DNA of 50,078 bases from the NCBI GenBank assembly GCA_017538085.1, contig JAFYJP010000022.1:1-50078 (forward strand), written 5' to 3'. Of this stretch, positions 8,833-18,062 are shown in pieces. The position numbers were made by a program, and so were the translations under genes. Position 1 is the stretch's first letter. Every line of letters starts with the position of its first letter. A model generated the notes under the pieces. The model made no database searches and was not told the DNA's origin. It saw only the letters and a list, made by a program, of their open reading frames with translations. Origin of the DNA: Bacteroidales bacterium (GTDB taxonomy: Bacteria; Bacteroidota; Bacteroidia; Bacteroidales; BM520).

Positions 8833-10686
8833 TTATTCCTCCATTAATTTTTTGTAAGCATCAACAAGTTCTGATACCATAAACGGCTGACCTTTCACTT
8901 TGTTATACTGGTCGAAATGATAGCCTTCGAATTGTGTGCGAAGATAATTTGCAAACTGGCCAAAGTTGAGCTCGCAGACGATTAACTTCTTGAATTTCCT
9001 AAAGATATCCTCAGTATTCTTTGGCAGAGGATTGATATAGTTGAATTGGGCAAGGCCGATTTTTTTGCCTGGACATTCTTTTCTTATTTCATCGAGAGAA
9101 TTGCGGAGTGCGCCGTATGTGCCGCCCCAGCCTATTATAAGCATGTCACCTTCCTGGTCGCCTATAACTTCCTGGTCACCAATGGAATTAACGATGTATT
9201 CAACTTTCTTTCTTCTGTTGTTGCACATCAGTTCATGGTTATCAGGAGCTGTGCTGACTGCGCCGGTGATATTTTCCTTTTCAAGGCCGCCGACTCTGTG
9301 ACGAAGTCCTTCCATACCCGGGATAGCCCATTCAGGGACGAAAGTCGTTTCGTTTCTCCTGTAAGGAGCATAGTCAGGGTCATTTGGTTTTGCGTATGGA
9401 ATGTTGAAATCCGGAAGGTCAGCAACTTTAGGTATTTTGATAACTTCGGTGCCGTTGGCGATGTAACCGTCAGTAAGCAGGATGACAGGGGTCATGTGCT
9501 CGACAGCGATTTTGGAAGCCTCGTAGGCAAATCTGAAGCAGTTGCCTGGCATTGAAGCAGCTATAACAGGTATCGGACATTCGCCGTTTCTGCCATAGAG
9601 AGCCTGGCTGAGGTCGGATTGTTCAGTCTTTGTAGGAAGTCCTGTTGAAGGGCCGCCGCGTTGGACATCGACGATAACGATAGGCAACTCTGTCATAACA
9701 GCCAGTCCCATTGCCTCACTTTTAAGTGACAGTCCCGGACCGCTTGTGGTGGTGATAGCGAGGGCGCCAGCGTATGCGGCACCGATAGCGGATGTGATTC
9801 CGGCTATTTCATCTTCTGCCTGATAAGCCTTTACGCCTAAGTCACGGCGGCCTTCAAGCTCTACAAGTATGTCGGTGGCAGGAGTGATAGGATAAGACCC
9901 TTGATACAACTGCAAGCCAGATTTCTCTGCTGCTGCGAGGAAACCCCAAGCAGTTGCGAGATTACCCGTAATATAACGATATCTACCTTTGCTGAGCGGA
10001 TATTTGTCAACTATGAATGTTGTTGCATTTGCACTTACACTTTCAGCGTATGTGTATCCTGCAACCAGAACTCTCTTGTTGGTCTCTATGAATTCCGGCT
10101 TCTTTGCAAATTTCTTCTCGAAATATTTTATTGTTGGTTCCAAATCGCGGTGGAAGAGGAAATATACAATACCCAAAGCATAGATGTTTCTGCATTTGTC
10201 AGCATTCTTGACATCAACATTCAGCTCCTTCTGAGCCTCTCTTGTCATAGAAGTGATAGGTGCTGGAATAACGTGATAATCAAGAAGAGAATCGTTTGCA
10301 AGAGGGTTTTCGGTGTAACCGGCCTTAGTAATGGCGTCGCCAACGAATGTATCGGCATCAACGATAATGGTGCCGCCTCTTTTCACATTATGCATATTAG
10401 ATTTCAATGAAGCAGGATTCATGGCAACGAGGACATCGGCGCGGTCGCCCGATGAGATGACTGCCTTAGAACCGAAGTGAATTTGGAAACCGGAAACACC
10501 GGCTACCGTGTTGTGTGGTGCTCTGATTTCAGCCGGATAATCCGGGAATGTGACGAAATCTTCACCGACAAGAGCTGTGTTATCCGAGAACAACGTGCCG
10601 GCAAGCTGCATGCCATCACCTGAATCGCCTGCAAACTTAACAACCACGTCTTCCAACACTACAACATTACCTTTGTCTTTAGTCAT
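8833..10686 (-). CDS. korA: 2-oxoglutarate/2-oxoacid:ferredoxin oxidoreductase, alpha subunit
   Basis: 617 aa with an N-terminal VVKFAGDSGDGMQLAG. There is a 2-nt gap to korB. Confidence 0.9.
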   Translation of the reverse strand: MTKDKGNVVVLEDVVVKFAGDSGDGMQLAGTLFSDNTALVGEDFVTFPDYPAEIRAPHNTVAGVSGFQIHFGSKAVISSGDRADVLVAMNPASLKSNMHNVKRGGTIIVDADTFVGDAITKAGYTENPLANDSLLDYHVIPAPITSMTREAQKELNVDVKNADKCRNIYALGIVYFLFHRDLEPTIKYFEKKFAKKPEFIETNKRVLVAGYTYAESVSANATTFIVDKYPLSKGRYRYITGNLATAWGFLAAAEKSGLQLYQGSYPITPATDILVELEGRRDLGVKAYQAEDEIAGITSAIGAAYAGALAITTTSGPGLSLKSEAMGLAVMTELPIVIVDVQRGGPSTGLPTKTEQSDLSQALYGRNGECPIPVIAASMPGNCFRFAYEASKIAVEHMTPVILLTDGYIANGTEVIKIPKVADLPDFNIPYAKPNDPDYAPYRRNETTFVPEWAIPGMEGLRHRVGGLEKENITGAVSTAPDNHELMCNNRRKKVEYIVNSIGDQEVIGDQEGDMLIIGWGGTYGALRNSLDEIRKECPGKKIGLAQFNYINPLPKNTEDIFRKFKKLIVCELNFGQFANYLRTQFEGYHFDQYNKVKGQPFMVSELVDAYKKLMEE

Positions 10687-10713
10687 AACTGTATTTTTTA
10701 TTTTATAAAACTA

Positions 10714-10746
10714 AAAGAGTATCTCGGTTATCCCTTGATACTCTTT
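10714..10746 (-). terminator. Candidate intrinsic terminator after the skp genes
   Basis: A 10-bp stem (aaagagtatc / gatactcttt) with a 13-nt loop. On the minus strand it is followed by uaguuuuauaaaauaaaaaa. Confidence 0.4.
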
Positions 10747-10767
10747 GTAACATGAAAAGTCTAAAAA

Positions 10768-11292
10768 CTATTTTAGTCCTAATTTTGCCTTCACCAACGG
10801 TAATATATCGTCTGACGGTTCGGCATATAGAAGTGTCTGTACTGACTGTTCACTATAATCAAAAATGTAAGAATATCCGTTTTCTTTGGCAACGGCAGCG
10901 ACAGCAGCTTTTATCTTGTCAACTATAGGCTGCGTAAGCTCTGTCTGCTTCTCCTGCAAACGTTGCTGTGCCAATTGCTGGAATTCCTCTATTCTGTTCT
11001 GCAAATCGGAAATCTCCCTTACCTTCGTCTCCTTGATGATGTCCGACATGCTTGCTTCATTTTGCTGAAAATCAGTAACCTTAGTCTGATATTCCTGTTG
11101 CATTGCGACCATTTGCTTTTCAAGTGTCCCATAATAATCCTGCAACGCCTGCTGAATTGAATCTCTTCCCGGCATTATGGCAAACAAAGACTCACTGTCA
11201 ATATGGCCAATCTTTACTGACTTCTGTGCATTCAAATCAGTGAAACCAAAACAACAAAACAGTGCTAATACAATTACCAATAACTTTTTCAT
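10768..11292 (-). CDS. OmpH/Skp-family periplasmic chaperone
   Basis: 174 aa with a signal peptide and a Q/E-rich coiled body. It sits downstream of bamA. Confidence 0.8.
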   Translation of the reverse strand: MKKLLVIVLALFCCFGFTDLNAQKSVKIGHIDSESLFAIMPGRDSIQQALQDYYGTLEKQMVAMQQEYQTKVTDFQQNEASMSDIIKETKVREISDLQNRIEEFQQLAQQRLQEKQTELTQPIVDKIKAAVAAVAKENGYSYIFDYSEQSVQTLLYAEPSDDILPLVKAKLGLK

Positions 11293-11336
11293 TCTTTAAC
11301 TTTTTATTAATTAATTTATATTTCCAAAACAATTTG

Positions 11337-11344
11337 CAAAGGTA
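11337..11344 (-). promoter_or_regulatory. -7 box candidate (TACCTTTG on the minus strand)
   Basis: Plus-strand CAAAGGTA lies 45 nt upstream of the ATG at 11292. Confidence 0.35.
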
Positions 11345-11388
11345 TAAATTTATAGACAATAATCTAATTAATTGTCAGAAAATATTCA

Positions 11389-11904
11389 TTAATAGGAATA
11401 CCCTAATTTGTCAAGCACATCATCACTGATGTCATACTTGGAATTGGAATAAATGATTGAAACGCCTTCAGCTTTGTTGAGAACGACCGCATAATTTTCC
11501 TTTTCGGCAATATCCTGGATGGCAGTGAACACCTTCTCCTGAATCGGCTTTACAAGTTCAGTACGTTTTTTGTAAAGTTCACCGTCAGTGCCGAATTTTT
11601 TCTTTTGGAAGTCTTTGATTTCTTTTTCCTTAGCTAAAATTTCAGCTTCTTTCTTTGCACGTACTTCTTCAGGATAAATAGCCTTTTTTGCCTGATATTC
11701 CTGATATAGTTTATTTACTTCCGTATAAATTGCCTCCATCTCGTTCTGCCATTGCGCCGAGAGATCGTCAATCTGCGCCTGTGCGTCATTATATTCAGGA
11801 ATCTTCGACAATATGTAATCTGTATCAACGAAAGCGAATTTCTGAGCCTGTACACTGAAAACACCTGCAAGTAATGCGAGGATAATTAAAATTTGTCTTT
11901 TCAT
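11389..11904 (-). CDS. OmpH/Skp-family periplasmic chaperone (second copy)
   Basis: 171 aa with a signal peptide (LLAGVFSVQAQ) and a K/E-rich coiled body. It lies directly downstream of bamA. Confidence 0.8.
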   Translation of the reverse strand: MKRQILIILALLAGVFSVQAQKFAFVDTDYILSKIPEYNDAQAQIDDLSAQWQNEMEAIYTEVNKLYQEYQAKKAIYPEEVRAKKEAEILAKEKEIKDFQKKKFGTDGELYKKRTELVKPIQEKVFTAIQDIAEKENYAVVLNKAEGVSIIYSNSKYDISDDVLDKLGYSY

Positions 11905-11931
11905 TTTCTGATATTTTTAAATAGTTAATAA

Positions 11932-14580
11932 TTAATCAATTGAACCGTTAATGGAGAAATGGAACTGACTGCCGTTGGCACTTGGATCGCCTGGGACATT
12001 ATCGAAGCCATAACCCCAGTCAAGACCAAGCAAACCGAACATCGGCATATAGATTCGTACACCCACACCCGCCGAACGATACAGGTCAAAAGGATTGACA
12101 CTCCTGAATGTTGCCCAGCAATTACCTGTTTCTATGAACATCAGCGCATAAATAACTGCATTCGGGTTGAGAGACAGAGGGTACCTCAATTCCACTGTGT
12201 TTTTGTTATAGACAGTACCGCCCACATCATTGTCAATGTAATGGTCAGGAGTAAGCGATTCGTTGGCATAACCTCTGAAACCAATGATTTCACGGCCATC
12301 GAAATTGTTGTAGGTACTGATACCGTCACCGCCAAGGAAATATCTTTCGAAAGGTGTGATTCCCAATGTCTTGTTGTAACATCCCAACACACCAACCTTG
12401 GTTCTTACCATAAGCACAAGATCACCTGCTATCTGCTGATACCAGGCAGCCTTGAAATCCCATTTGTGATATTCAATCCATCTGTAACGGTCGTTTGTTG
12501 ACATCTCGCTGTATTCCGCTGCAGTATGAGGATTGAAGAGAGAATACGGAGGAGTGAGCCTTACTCCGAGAGATATGTCGGAACCCCTGCGCGGATAAAA
12601 TATCTGGTCGGTGGAATTACGCGCCAGCGTTATACCATAATTGAAATTATAGTAATCGCCGTTGCCCGCCTCGTCGAACGCAAAAATACCCGTGTAGTTC
12701 ACCAATGAATATCTTATCATATTTATAGACTGATACAGAGTGAAAAAATCATCTGGCCACTCTAATCTTCTTCCTAATCCAAAAATCAGGCCATGCTGAT
12801 CAAAACTGCCATAATAAGAGCTGGTTTTTGAATATCCGTTGGTATAATGTGAATAATAATAAGTCGTACTGAAAGCGTTAGGTTTCTTGCCACCAAGCCA
12901 AGGCTCTGTAAATGAAACACTTCCACTGATATACCCAACACCGTATGTCTGAAGATGCAGACTCAAAGTCTGTCCGTCTCCCGCAGGAACAGGCTTCCAC
13001 GCATCCTTGTTGAAAAGATTTCTCATGGAGAAATTGGAAAACTTCACACCTACCGTACCGATAATTCTTCCGTAGGCATAACCTCCCGAAAGTTCCAACT
13101 GGTCGGAAGAAGTCTCTTCCACAGTGTATTTGAGGTCAATCGAACCGTCGGTCATGTTCTGCTCAACCTCCGGATTGATGGTCTCCGCATTAAAATATCC
13201 CAACGATGCAAGCTCTCTTTGAGAACGAATAATCTCCGACCTGCTGAACAAGTTTCCAGGGAGAGACCTCACATCTCTAAGTGCCACATTGTCATTTGTT
13301 TTAGTATTTCCAAAGAGCTTAACCTTATTGACCGATGCCTGAGTTCCTTCGATTATCTGTATCTCCATATCAATCGAATCGTTCTCTACCCTCACCTCCA
13401 CTGGATTCACACGGAAATAGAGATAACCGTCATCCATGTAAAGCGAGCTGACATCCATGCCGGTCATGTTGTAATTGAGGTTCGTCTCAAGCTCCTTCTG
13501 ATTATATACGTCACCCTTCTTGATTTTTAGAATCTGATTGAGATAATCCGACGAATATTTGGTGTTTCCGACCCAAGTGATGTTTCGGAAAAAATACTTG
13601 CTTCCTTCATCGATGTTAATGTCAAGCATCAGACTCTGACCATCGGGAGTAAAATAAACAGAGTCATTCAATATTTTGAAATCCCTGTAACCAAGAGTGT
13701 TATACTTATTCTCCAGAAGCAGTTTGTCCTCATCCCATTTGTCCTTGACAAATTTCGAAGACTTGAACAGGCGTATGCTTGCATTGTCAACCCCGTAGTT
13801 ATAGACATTGTAAAAAATGTCTCCAACATCAAGACTTCTTGCCGTCTTTAAGGTTGACATGAAAAGCGTGTCCATATTATCGATAATCGTGAAATGGCCT
13901 TTTTGCTTGGTTTCCTTGAAAGTGTTTTTGATGGCAGCATCGCTGAGATGGTCATTACCTGTAATATTAATGCTCTCAATCTTAACCTTGCGGTTTTTAT
14001 TGATATCTATCATGAGGCTCAGAGAGTTGACCTCAGTGGTATCCGGGATTTGCTTAATATCCACATCAACATTGTAATAGCCTTTTTTCATGTAAAAGGA
14101 CTTTATTCTGTTGGTGACACGGATAAGCATGTTGTCTGTCACGACATCGCCGCGTGTGATGTTGATTTCGTCACGGATGTCATCAACATCGCTCTTGCTG
14201 ATTCCCTTGAATGCGAATTTGGACAGGCGCGGGCGCTCTGCGAGATAAATATCGAGAAATATTTGACCGTCAACAATTGATGTGACAGTGATGGAGACAT
14301 CTTCAAAAAGGCCTTGTTTCCATAGGTTTTTGACTGCCTTTGTGATTTCCTCACCCGGAACTTCAACCACTTGTCCCACCCGCAGGCCGGAAAGCATCTT
14401 GAGGACATTTTCATCAAGAAATTCCACTCCGGAAATTGTGATTCCCCCTATTGTATATTTTTTTGGAGATGAATAACTTATATCCATCCCCGTATTGGAG
14501 AAACTTACCTGAGAGTATGCGTTCCCAACACAAATCAACAGTAAAAACAGGAATAGGTATAATTTTTTATTCATCAGCAA
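11932..14580 (-). CDS. bamA: Outer membrane protein assembly factor BamA (Omp85)
   Basis: 882 aa with a signal peptide, a POTRA-like N-terminal half and a C-terminal barrel. The uppS-bamA-skp synteny supports the call. The start may be the MNKK codon at 14574. Confidence 0.9.
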   Translation of the reverse strand: MLMNKKLYLFLFLLLICVGNAYSQVSFSNTGMDISYSSPKKYTIGGITISGVEFLDENVLKMLSGLRVGQVVEVPGEEITKAVKNLWKQGLFEDVSITVTSIVDGQIFLDIYLAERPRLSKFAFKGISKSDVDDIRDEINITRGDVVTDNMLIRVTNRIKSFYMKKGYYNVDVDIKQIPDTTEVNSLSLMIDINKNRKVKIESINITGNDHLSDAAIKNTFKETKQKGHFTIIDNMDTLFMSTLKTARSLDVGDIFYNVYNYGVDNASIRLFKSSKFVKDKWDEDKLLLENKYNTLGYRDFKILNDSVYFTPDGQSLMLDINIDEGSKYFFRNITWVGNTKYSSDYLNQILKIKKGDVYNQKELETNLNYNMTGMDVSSLYMDDGYLYFRVNPVEVRVENDSIDMEIQIIEGTQASVNKVKLFGNTKTNDNVALRDVRSLPGNLFSRSEIIRSQRELASLGYFNAETINPEVEQNMTDGSIDLKYTVEETSSDQLELSGGYAYGRIIGTVGVKFSNFSMRNLFNKDAWKPVPAGDGQTLSLHLQTYGVGYISGSVSFTEPWLGGKKPNAFSTTYYYSHYTNGYSKTSSYYGSFDQHGLIFGLGRRLEWPDDFFTLYQSINMIRYSLVNYTGIFAFDEAGNGDYYNFNYGITLARNSTDQIFYPRRGSDISLGVRLTPPYSLFNPHTAAEYSEMSTNDRYRWIEYHKWDFKAAWYQQIAGDLVLMVRTKVGVLGCYNKTLGITPFERYFLGGDGISTYNNFDGREIIGFRGYANESLTPDHYIDNDVGGTVYNKNTVELRYPLSLNPNAVIYALMFIETGNCWATFRSVNPFDLYRSAGVGVRIYMPMFGLLGLDWGYGFDNVPGDPSANGSQFHFSINGSID

Positions 14581-14586
14581 TTGGTT

Positions 14587-15309
14587 TTATTCATTGTTTG
14601 ACACTTTGCCGAAACGTCTTTCGCGATTCATATATTCATCAATTGCAGCATTCAACTCTGCGGGGGTGAAGTCCGGCCACAGGATGTCTGTAAAATACAA
14701 TTCCGAATATGAAGCCTGCCACATCATAAAATTGCTCAGACGGAATTCCCCACCAGTTCTGATAATCAGGTCCGGATCAGGGAAGTCCTTAGTGTCAAGA
14801 TGGTCGGAAATGAACTTCTCGTCAATGTCGGAAACGTCAGCTTTGCCGTCTTTGACTTCCTGTGCGACAGTCCGAACCATCCTACTTATTTCGTCACGGG
14901 AGGAATAGTTCATGGCAATAATGAGTTCCATAGCATCATTATCCTTAGTCTCTTCCATACACCAGTTGAAACAGTCAACCACAAACTGATCGATTGCATT
15001 CAAATCACCTATCACTCTAACCCTCACCCTTTTCTCCATAAGGTCAGGCATATTCTTGTTGATTGTAGTTACGACAAGATGGAACAACGAATCAACTTCG
15101 TCCTTGGGACGATTCTTGTTTTCGGTGGAAAAAGTGTACAGTGTAAGATATTTGACACCTCTCGTAAGGCTTGCATCGATAATATCATGGACGATATCAG
15201 CACCGTGTTCGTGCCCGTAACTGCGTGACTCATGGCGTTTTGTAGCCCATCTGCCATTACCGTCCATTATTATTCCGACATGTGTCGGAGTCCTTTTCAT
15301 ATCACTCAT
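14587..15309 (-). CDS. uppS: Undecaprenyl-diphosphate synthase (isoprenyl transferase)
   Basis: 240 aa with HVGIIMDGNGRWA and the C-terminal motifs IRTGGEFRLSNFMMWQASYSELYF. Confidence 0.9.
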   Translation of the reverse strand: MSDMKRTPTHVGIIMDGNGRWATKRHESRSYGHEHGADIVHDIIDASLTRGVKYLTLYTFSTENKNRPKDEVDSLFHLVVTTINKNMPDLMEKRVRVRVIGDLNAIDQFVVDCFNWCMEETKDNDAMELIIAMNYSSRDEISRMVRTVAQEVKDGKADVSDIDEKFISDHLDTKDFPDPDLIIRTGGEFRLSNFMMWQASYSELYFTDILWPDFTPAELNAAIDEYMNRERRFGKVSNNE

Positions 15310-15315
15310 AATCTG

Positions 15316-16164
15316 TTATTTACGCAAATGATCATAACAATCATTCTTATTACTTAAATTGAAAGCAAAGCAGATACCCAACTGGAAAAACGAGTACCAG
15401 TCTTTGGTTGAACGATCACAGATGTGTGCATAGTCGATTCTGTCATCTTGATTCCAAAATTCAGCAGTTGCATCAATATATTTTTTATCAAAATAAAAGC
15501 CGTCAAGCCAGTCGATAAAAGTCTTGTGCATCACCCACTCGGCGAAAAGACCGATACGGTCGGAAACAGAATATTTGAAGCCGAAACCGAAGTTAATATT
15601 AGGTGTGATTTTCGCATGTTTACTCATAATACCAGTAGTGGAAGGATCGGGCCATTTCCGTCTTTGAATATCATCATTAGTTATGACGTATGAATATCTC
15701 AAAGAAGGGTCTTCGCCCACGAACGAACCCGAAAGGGAGAGCTGATAGGTGCCTCCTGCTCCCAAAATCATGTAAGGGGTCCAGAAATACCTTGATGCAC
15801 CGATGAAATAATTCAAAAAGTTGATTTCCAAAGTTGCACTGACATCAATCAAATTCGACTTGAACTCACCTTGGCGTGGAACATATCCAAGCTCTTTGCC
15901 AAAAATGCTTTTTTTGGCGTCATTTCCCGATATAGAGGCGTAATTGGCTGAAAGACGGGCAGAGAGTCGTTGACCGAAATTCCGCCTGTAATAGGCCCCA
16001 AATGAGGCGTGGACATTTGCGAACTGCGTCCTCGGATTCAATTCGCCGAGATAATAACTGCCTCCGCCTACAAAACCAAAATCGTTTCTCATCTGAGAAT
16101 AACAGTTGCTGACGCCAAGCGTGACAACACTCAATATTACCAAACACAACTTCTTCATCTGCAT
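15316..16164 (-). CDS. porG: Small outer-membrane beta-barrel protein (DUF6089-like), positional equivalent of T9SS PorG
   Basis: 282 aa with a signal peptide and alternating beta-strand pattern. It sits immediately upstream of uppS-bamA-skp-skp. As I recall, this is the position of PorG (PGN_0297) in Porphyromonas gingivalis. Confidence 0.5.
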   Translation of the reverse strand: MQMKKLCLVILSVVTLGVSNCYSQMRNDFGFVGGGSYYLGELNPRTQFANVHASFGAYYRRNFGQRLSARLSANYASISGNDAKKSIFGKELGYVPRQGEFKSNLIDVSATLEINFLNYFIGASRYFWTPYMILGAGGTYQLSLSGSFVGEDPSLRYSYVITNDDIQRRKWPDPSTTGIMSKHAKITPNINFGFGFKYSVSDRIGLFAEWVMHKTFIDWLDGFYFDKKYIDATAEFWNQDDRIDYAHICDRSTKDWYSFFQLGICFAFNLSNKNDCYDHLRK

Positions 16165-16171
16165 AAAATTG

Positions 16172-16179
16172 CAAAATTA
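16172..16179 (-). promoter_or_regulatory. -7 box candidate (TAATTTTG on the minus strand) for the porG-like/uppS/bamA unit
   Basis: Plus-strand CAAAATTA lies 8-14 nt upstream of the two candidate ATGs (16164 and 16158). Confidence 0.4.
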
Positions 16180-16191
16180 ATAAATGCTCAA

Positions 16192-17073
16192 TTAATTCCT
16201 AACATCTAATCCCCAATTTAATTTTTCGCGTATGGTTTTTAAGAAATTTTCACTATACGGCCGTATCAAATTGAAATCAAAGTCATTTTTCTGAACAGTA
16301 AAAGAACTGTTGCTTTTGAAGAAGCGTGCAATGGAGTCAACATTCACACAGAAGTCCGGTTCACGACATTCGACATGAACAGTTATCTTACTGTCATCGG
16401 AAATAACGAAAGAACGGGCTGTTAAATTGTGTGATGCCATAGGACTTATCACAAAACTTTTAGTATCGGGATAAAGAATCGGTCCGCCGCAAGACAAGGA
16501 ATAAGCGGTTGATCCCGTTGGTGTTGCGAGTATCAGACCGTCTGACCAATAAGTGTTGAAATACAAGTCATTGACCCATATTTTAAGAGACAGCATCGAA
16601 TAGGGGTAATACCTTGAGAAGCAGATTTCGTTGAGGGCATAGTTGCAGTTTTTGAAGGCATCGGTGCCACATTCGACTTTTATCAGACACCTGTGTTCGA
16701 TTTCATATTTGCCCGTGAAAATCTGGTCAAGCGTGTTTTCGATAAAATCGCTGCGTACAATGGAAAGGAAACCCATTCTGCCAAAATTGAAGCCTAAGAC
16801 AGGAACTGCCGTATCTTTGATGATATGAACGGTGTCGAGCATGGTACCGTCACCACCGACTGAGAAAAGAAATTTCGCATCGCTGACCATGTCATCTTCC
16901 TGGCCGAAGACCAATGGTTCCGAGACAAAAGTTATTTTGCCGGAAATCTTTTCAAAGAAATCCGAATAAACAGCCACCCGGAAATTCTCCTTCTCGATAC
17001 GGGAGATAATCATCTGGAGGTTATCCAGATGATTATCATTGATATCCTTACCATATACGGCTATGATGTTCAT
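16192..17073 (-). CDS. nadK: NAD+ kinase
   Basis: 293 aa with the GGDGTMLD motif. Confidence 0.9.
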   Translation of the reverse strand: MNIIAVYGKDINDNHLDNLQMIISRIEKENFRVAVYSDFFEKISGKITFVSEPLVFGQEDDMVSDAKFLFSVGGDGTMLDTVHIIKDTAVPVLGFNFGRMGFLSIVRSDFIENTLDQIFTGKYEIEHRCLIKVECGTDAFKNCNYALNEICFSRYYPYSMLSLKIWVNDLYFNTYWSDGLILATPTGSTAYSLSCGGPILYPDTKSFVISPMASHNLTARSFVISDDSKITVHVECREPDFCVNVDSIARFFKSNSSFTVQKNDFDFNLIRPYSENFLKTIREKLNWGLDVRN

Positions 17074-17462
17074 AACTGTTCACTAATTGAATTGGCGATT
17101 TCCTCGAATTCCATTGCGTTGAGTGACAATTTTTTACGAGAGAAATCAAGGTCACAGGATTCATTCATCGGAACAAGGTGGACGTGTACATGGTTCACAT
17201 CGAGACCGATGACGGCAATGCCGACCTTCTGACAAGGGATAGCTTTTTTGATGGCGATAGCGACTTTTTTTGCGAAGAGGAACAATCCGGAATATGTCTT
17301 GTCATCCAGGTCAAAGATATAGTCTTTTTCAAGTTTTGGAACCACGAGAGTATGGCCTTTCGCAAGCGGATTGATGTCAAGAAAGGCATAATAATTCTCA
17401 TTTTCGGCAACCTTGTAGGAAGGTATTTCGCCATTAATTATTTTGGTAAATAGAGTTGACAT
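17070..17462 (-). CDS. HIT-family (histidine triad) nucleotide hydrolase
   Basis: 130 aa with the HVHVHLVP triad. It overlaps nadK by 4 nt. Confidence 0.85.
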   Translation of the reverse strand: MSTLFTKIINGEIPSYKVAENENYYAFLDINPLAKGHTLVVPKLEKDYIFDLDDKTYSGLFLFAKKVAIAIKKAIPCQKVGIAVIGLDVNHVHVHLVPMNESCDLDFSRKKLSLNAMEFEEIANSISEQL

Positions 17463-17489
17463 TGAACTAATTATTTAAATATTAATAAA

Positions 17490-17963
17490 TTATCGTGATA
17501 TTTCGAGAATCTTATACTTCATGATTCCAGCAGGCACCTTAATTTCCACTGTTTCGTCAACGGATTTTCCAAGCAGGCCTTTGGCGATAGGTGAAGAGAT
17601 GGAAATCTTGCCCAGTTTGAAGTTGGCTTCGTTTTCCGGAACGATAGTATAGGAGACTTCCTTATTATTCTGGAGGTTGAGGAGTTTCACTTTGGAGAGT
17701 ATCAGCACTTTTGAGGTGTCGATTTTGGATTCGTCAATAATACGGGCACATGCGAGATCTTCCTGCAGTTTGGCGATTTTATATTCGAGCATGCCCTGTG
17801 CATCCTTAGCGGCGTCATATTCGGCATTTTCGGAAAGGTCGCCTTTGTCGCGGGCCTCTGAAATCTGTCGCGCAACAGCCGGTCTTTCTACGGTTATAAG
17901 ATGCTGCAGTTCAGCTTTTAGTTTATTCAAACCTTCTTCTGTGAAATATTTTACTTTAGCCAT
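17490..17963 (-). CDS. greA: Transcription elongation factor GreA
   Basis: MAKVKYFTEEGLNKLKAEL...ARDKGDLSENAEYDAAK. I prefer the ATG at 17963 (157 aa) over the track start at 17981. Confidence 0.9.
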   Translation of the reverse strand: MAKVKYFTEEGLNKLKAELQHLITVERPAVARQISEARDKGDLSENAEYDAAKDAQGMLEYKIAKLQEDLACARIIDESKIDTSKVLILSKVKLLNLQNNKEVSYTIVPENEANFKLGKISISSPIAKGLLGKSVDETVEIKVPAGIMKYKILEISR

Positions 17964-18000
17964 AACACAAATATTTTGCAATAAATGATAGTAATAAAAT

Positions 18001-18037
18001 ACAAAAAGAAAGAACCCTAAGAAGAAAGGGTTCTTTC
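18001..18037 (-). terminator. Intrinsic terminator closing the TBDR / giant protein / PorV-like unit
   Basis: An 11-bp stem (gaaagaaccct / agggttctttc) with an 8-nt loop, followed on the minus strand by uuuuugu. It lies 26 nt after the stop at 18063. Confidence 0.7.
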
Positions 18038-18062
18038 ATTAAAATTCGTTCCTAACTAAAAA

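Noticed and set aside
7973-10410. Multiple 60-170-aa ORFs in alternative frames over korA/korB
   Set aside because: All are nested in or antisense to genes with unambiguous TPP and oxidoreductase motifs. They are typical spurious frames.
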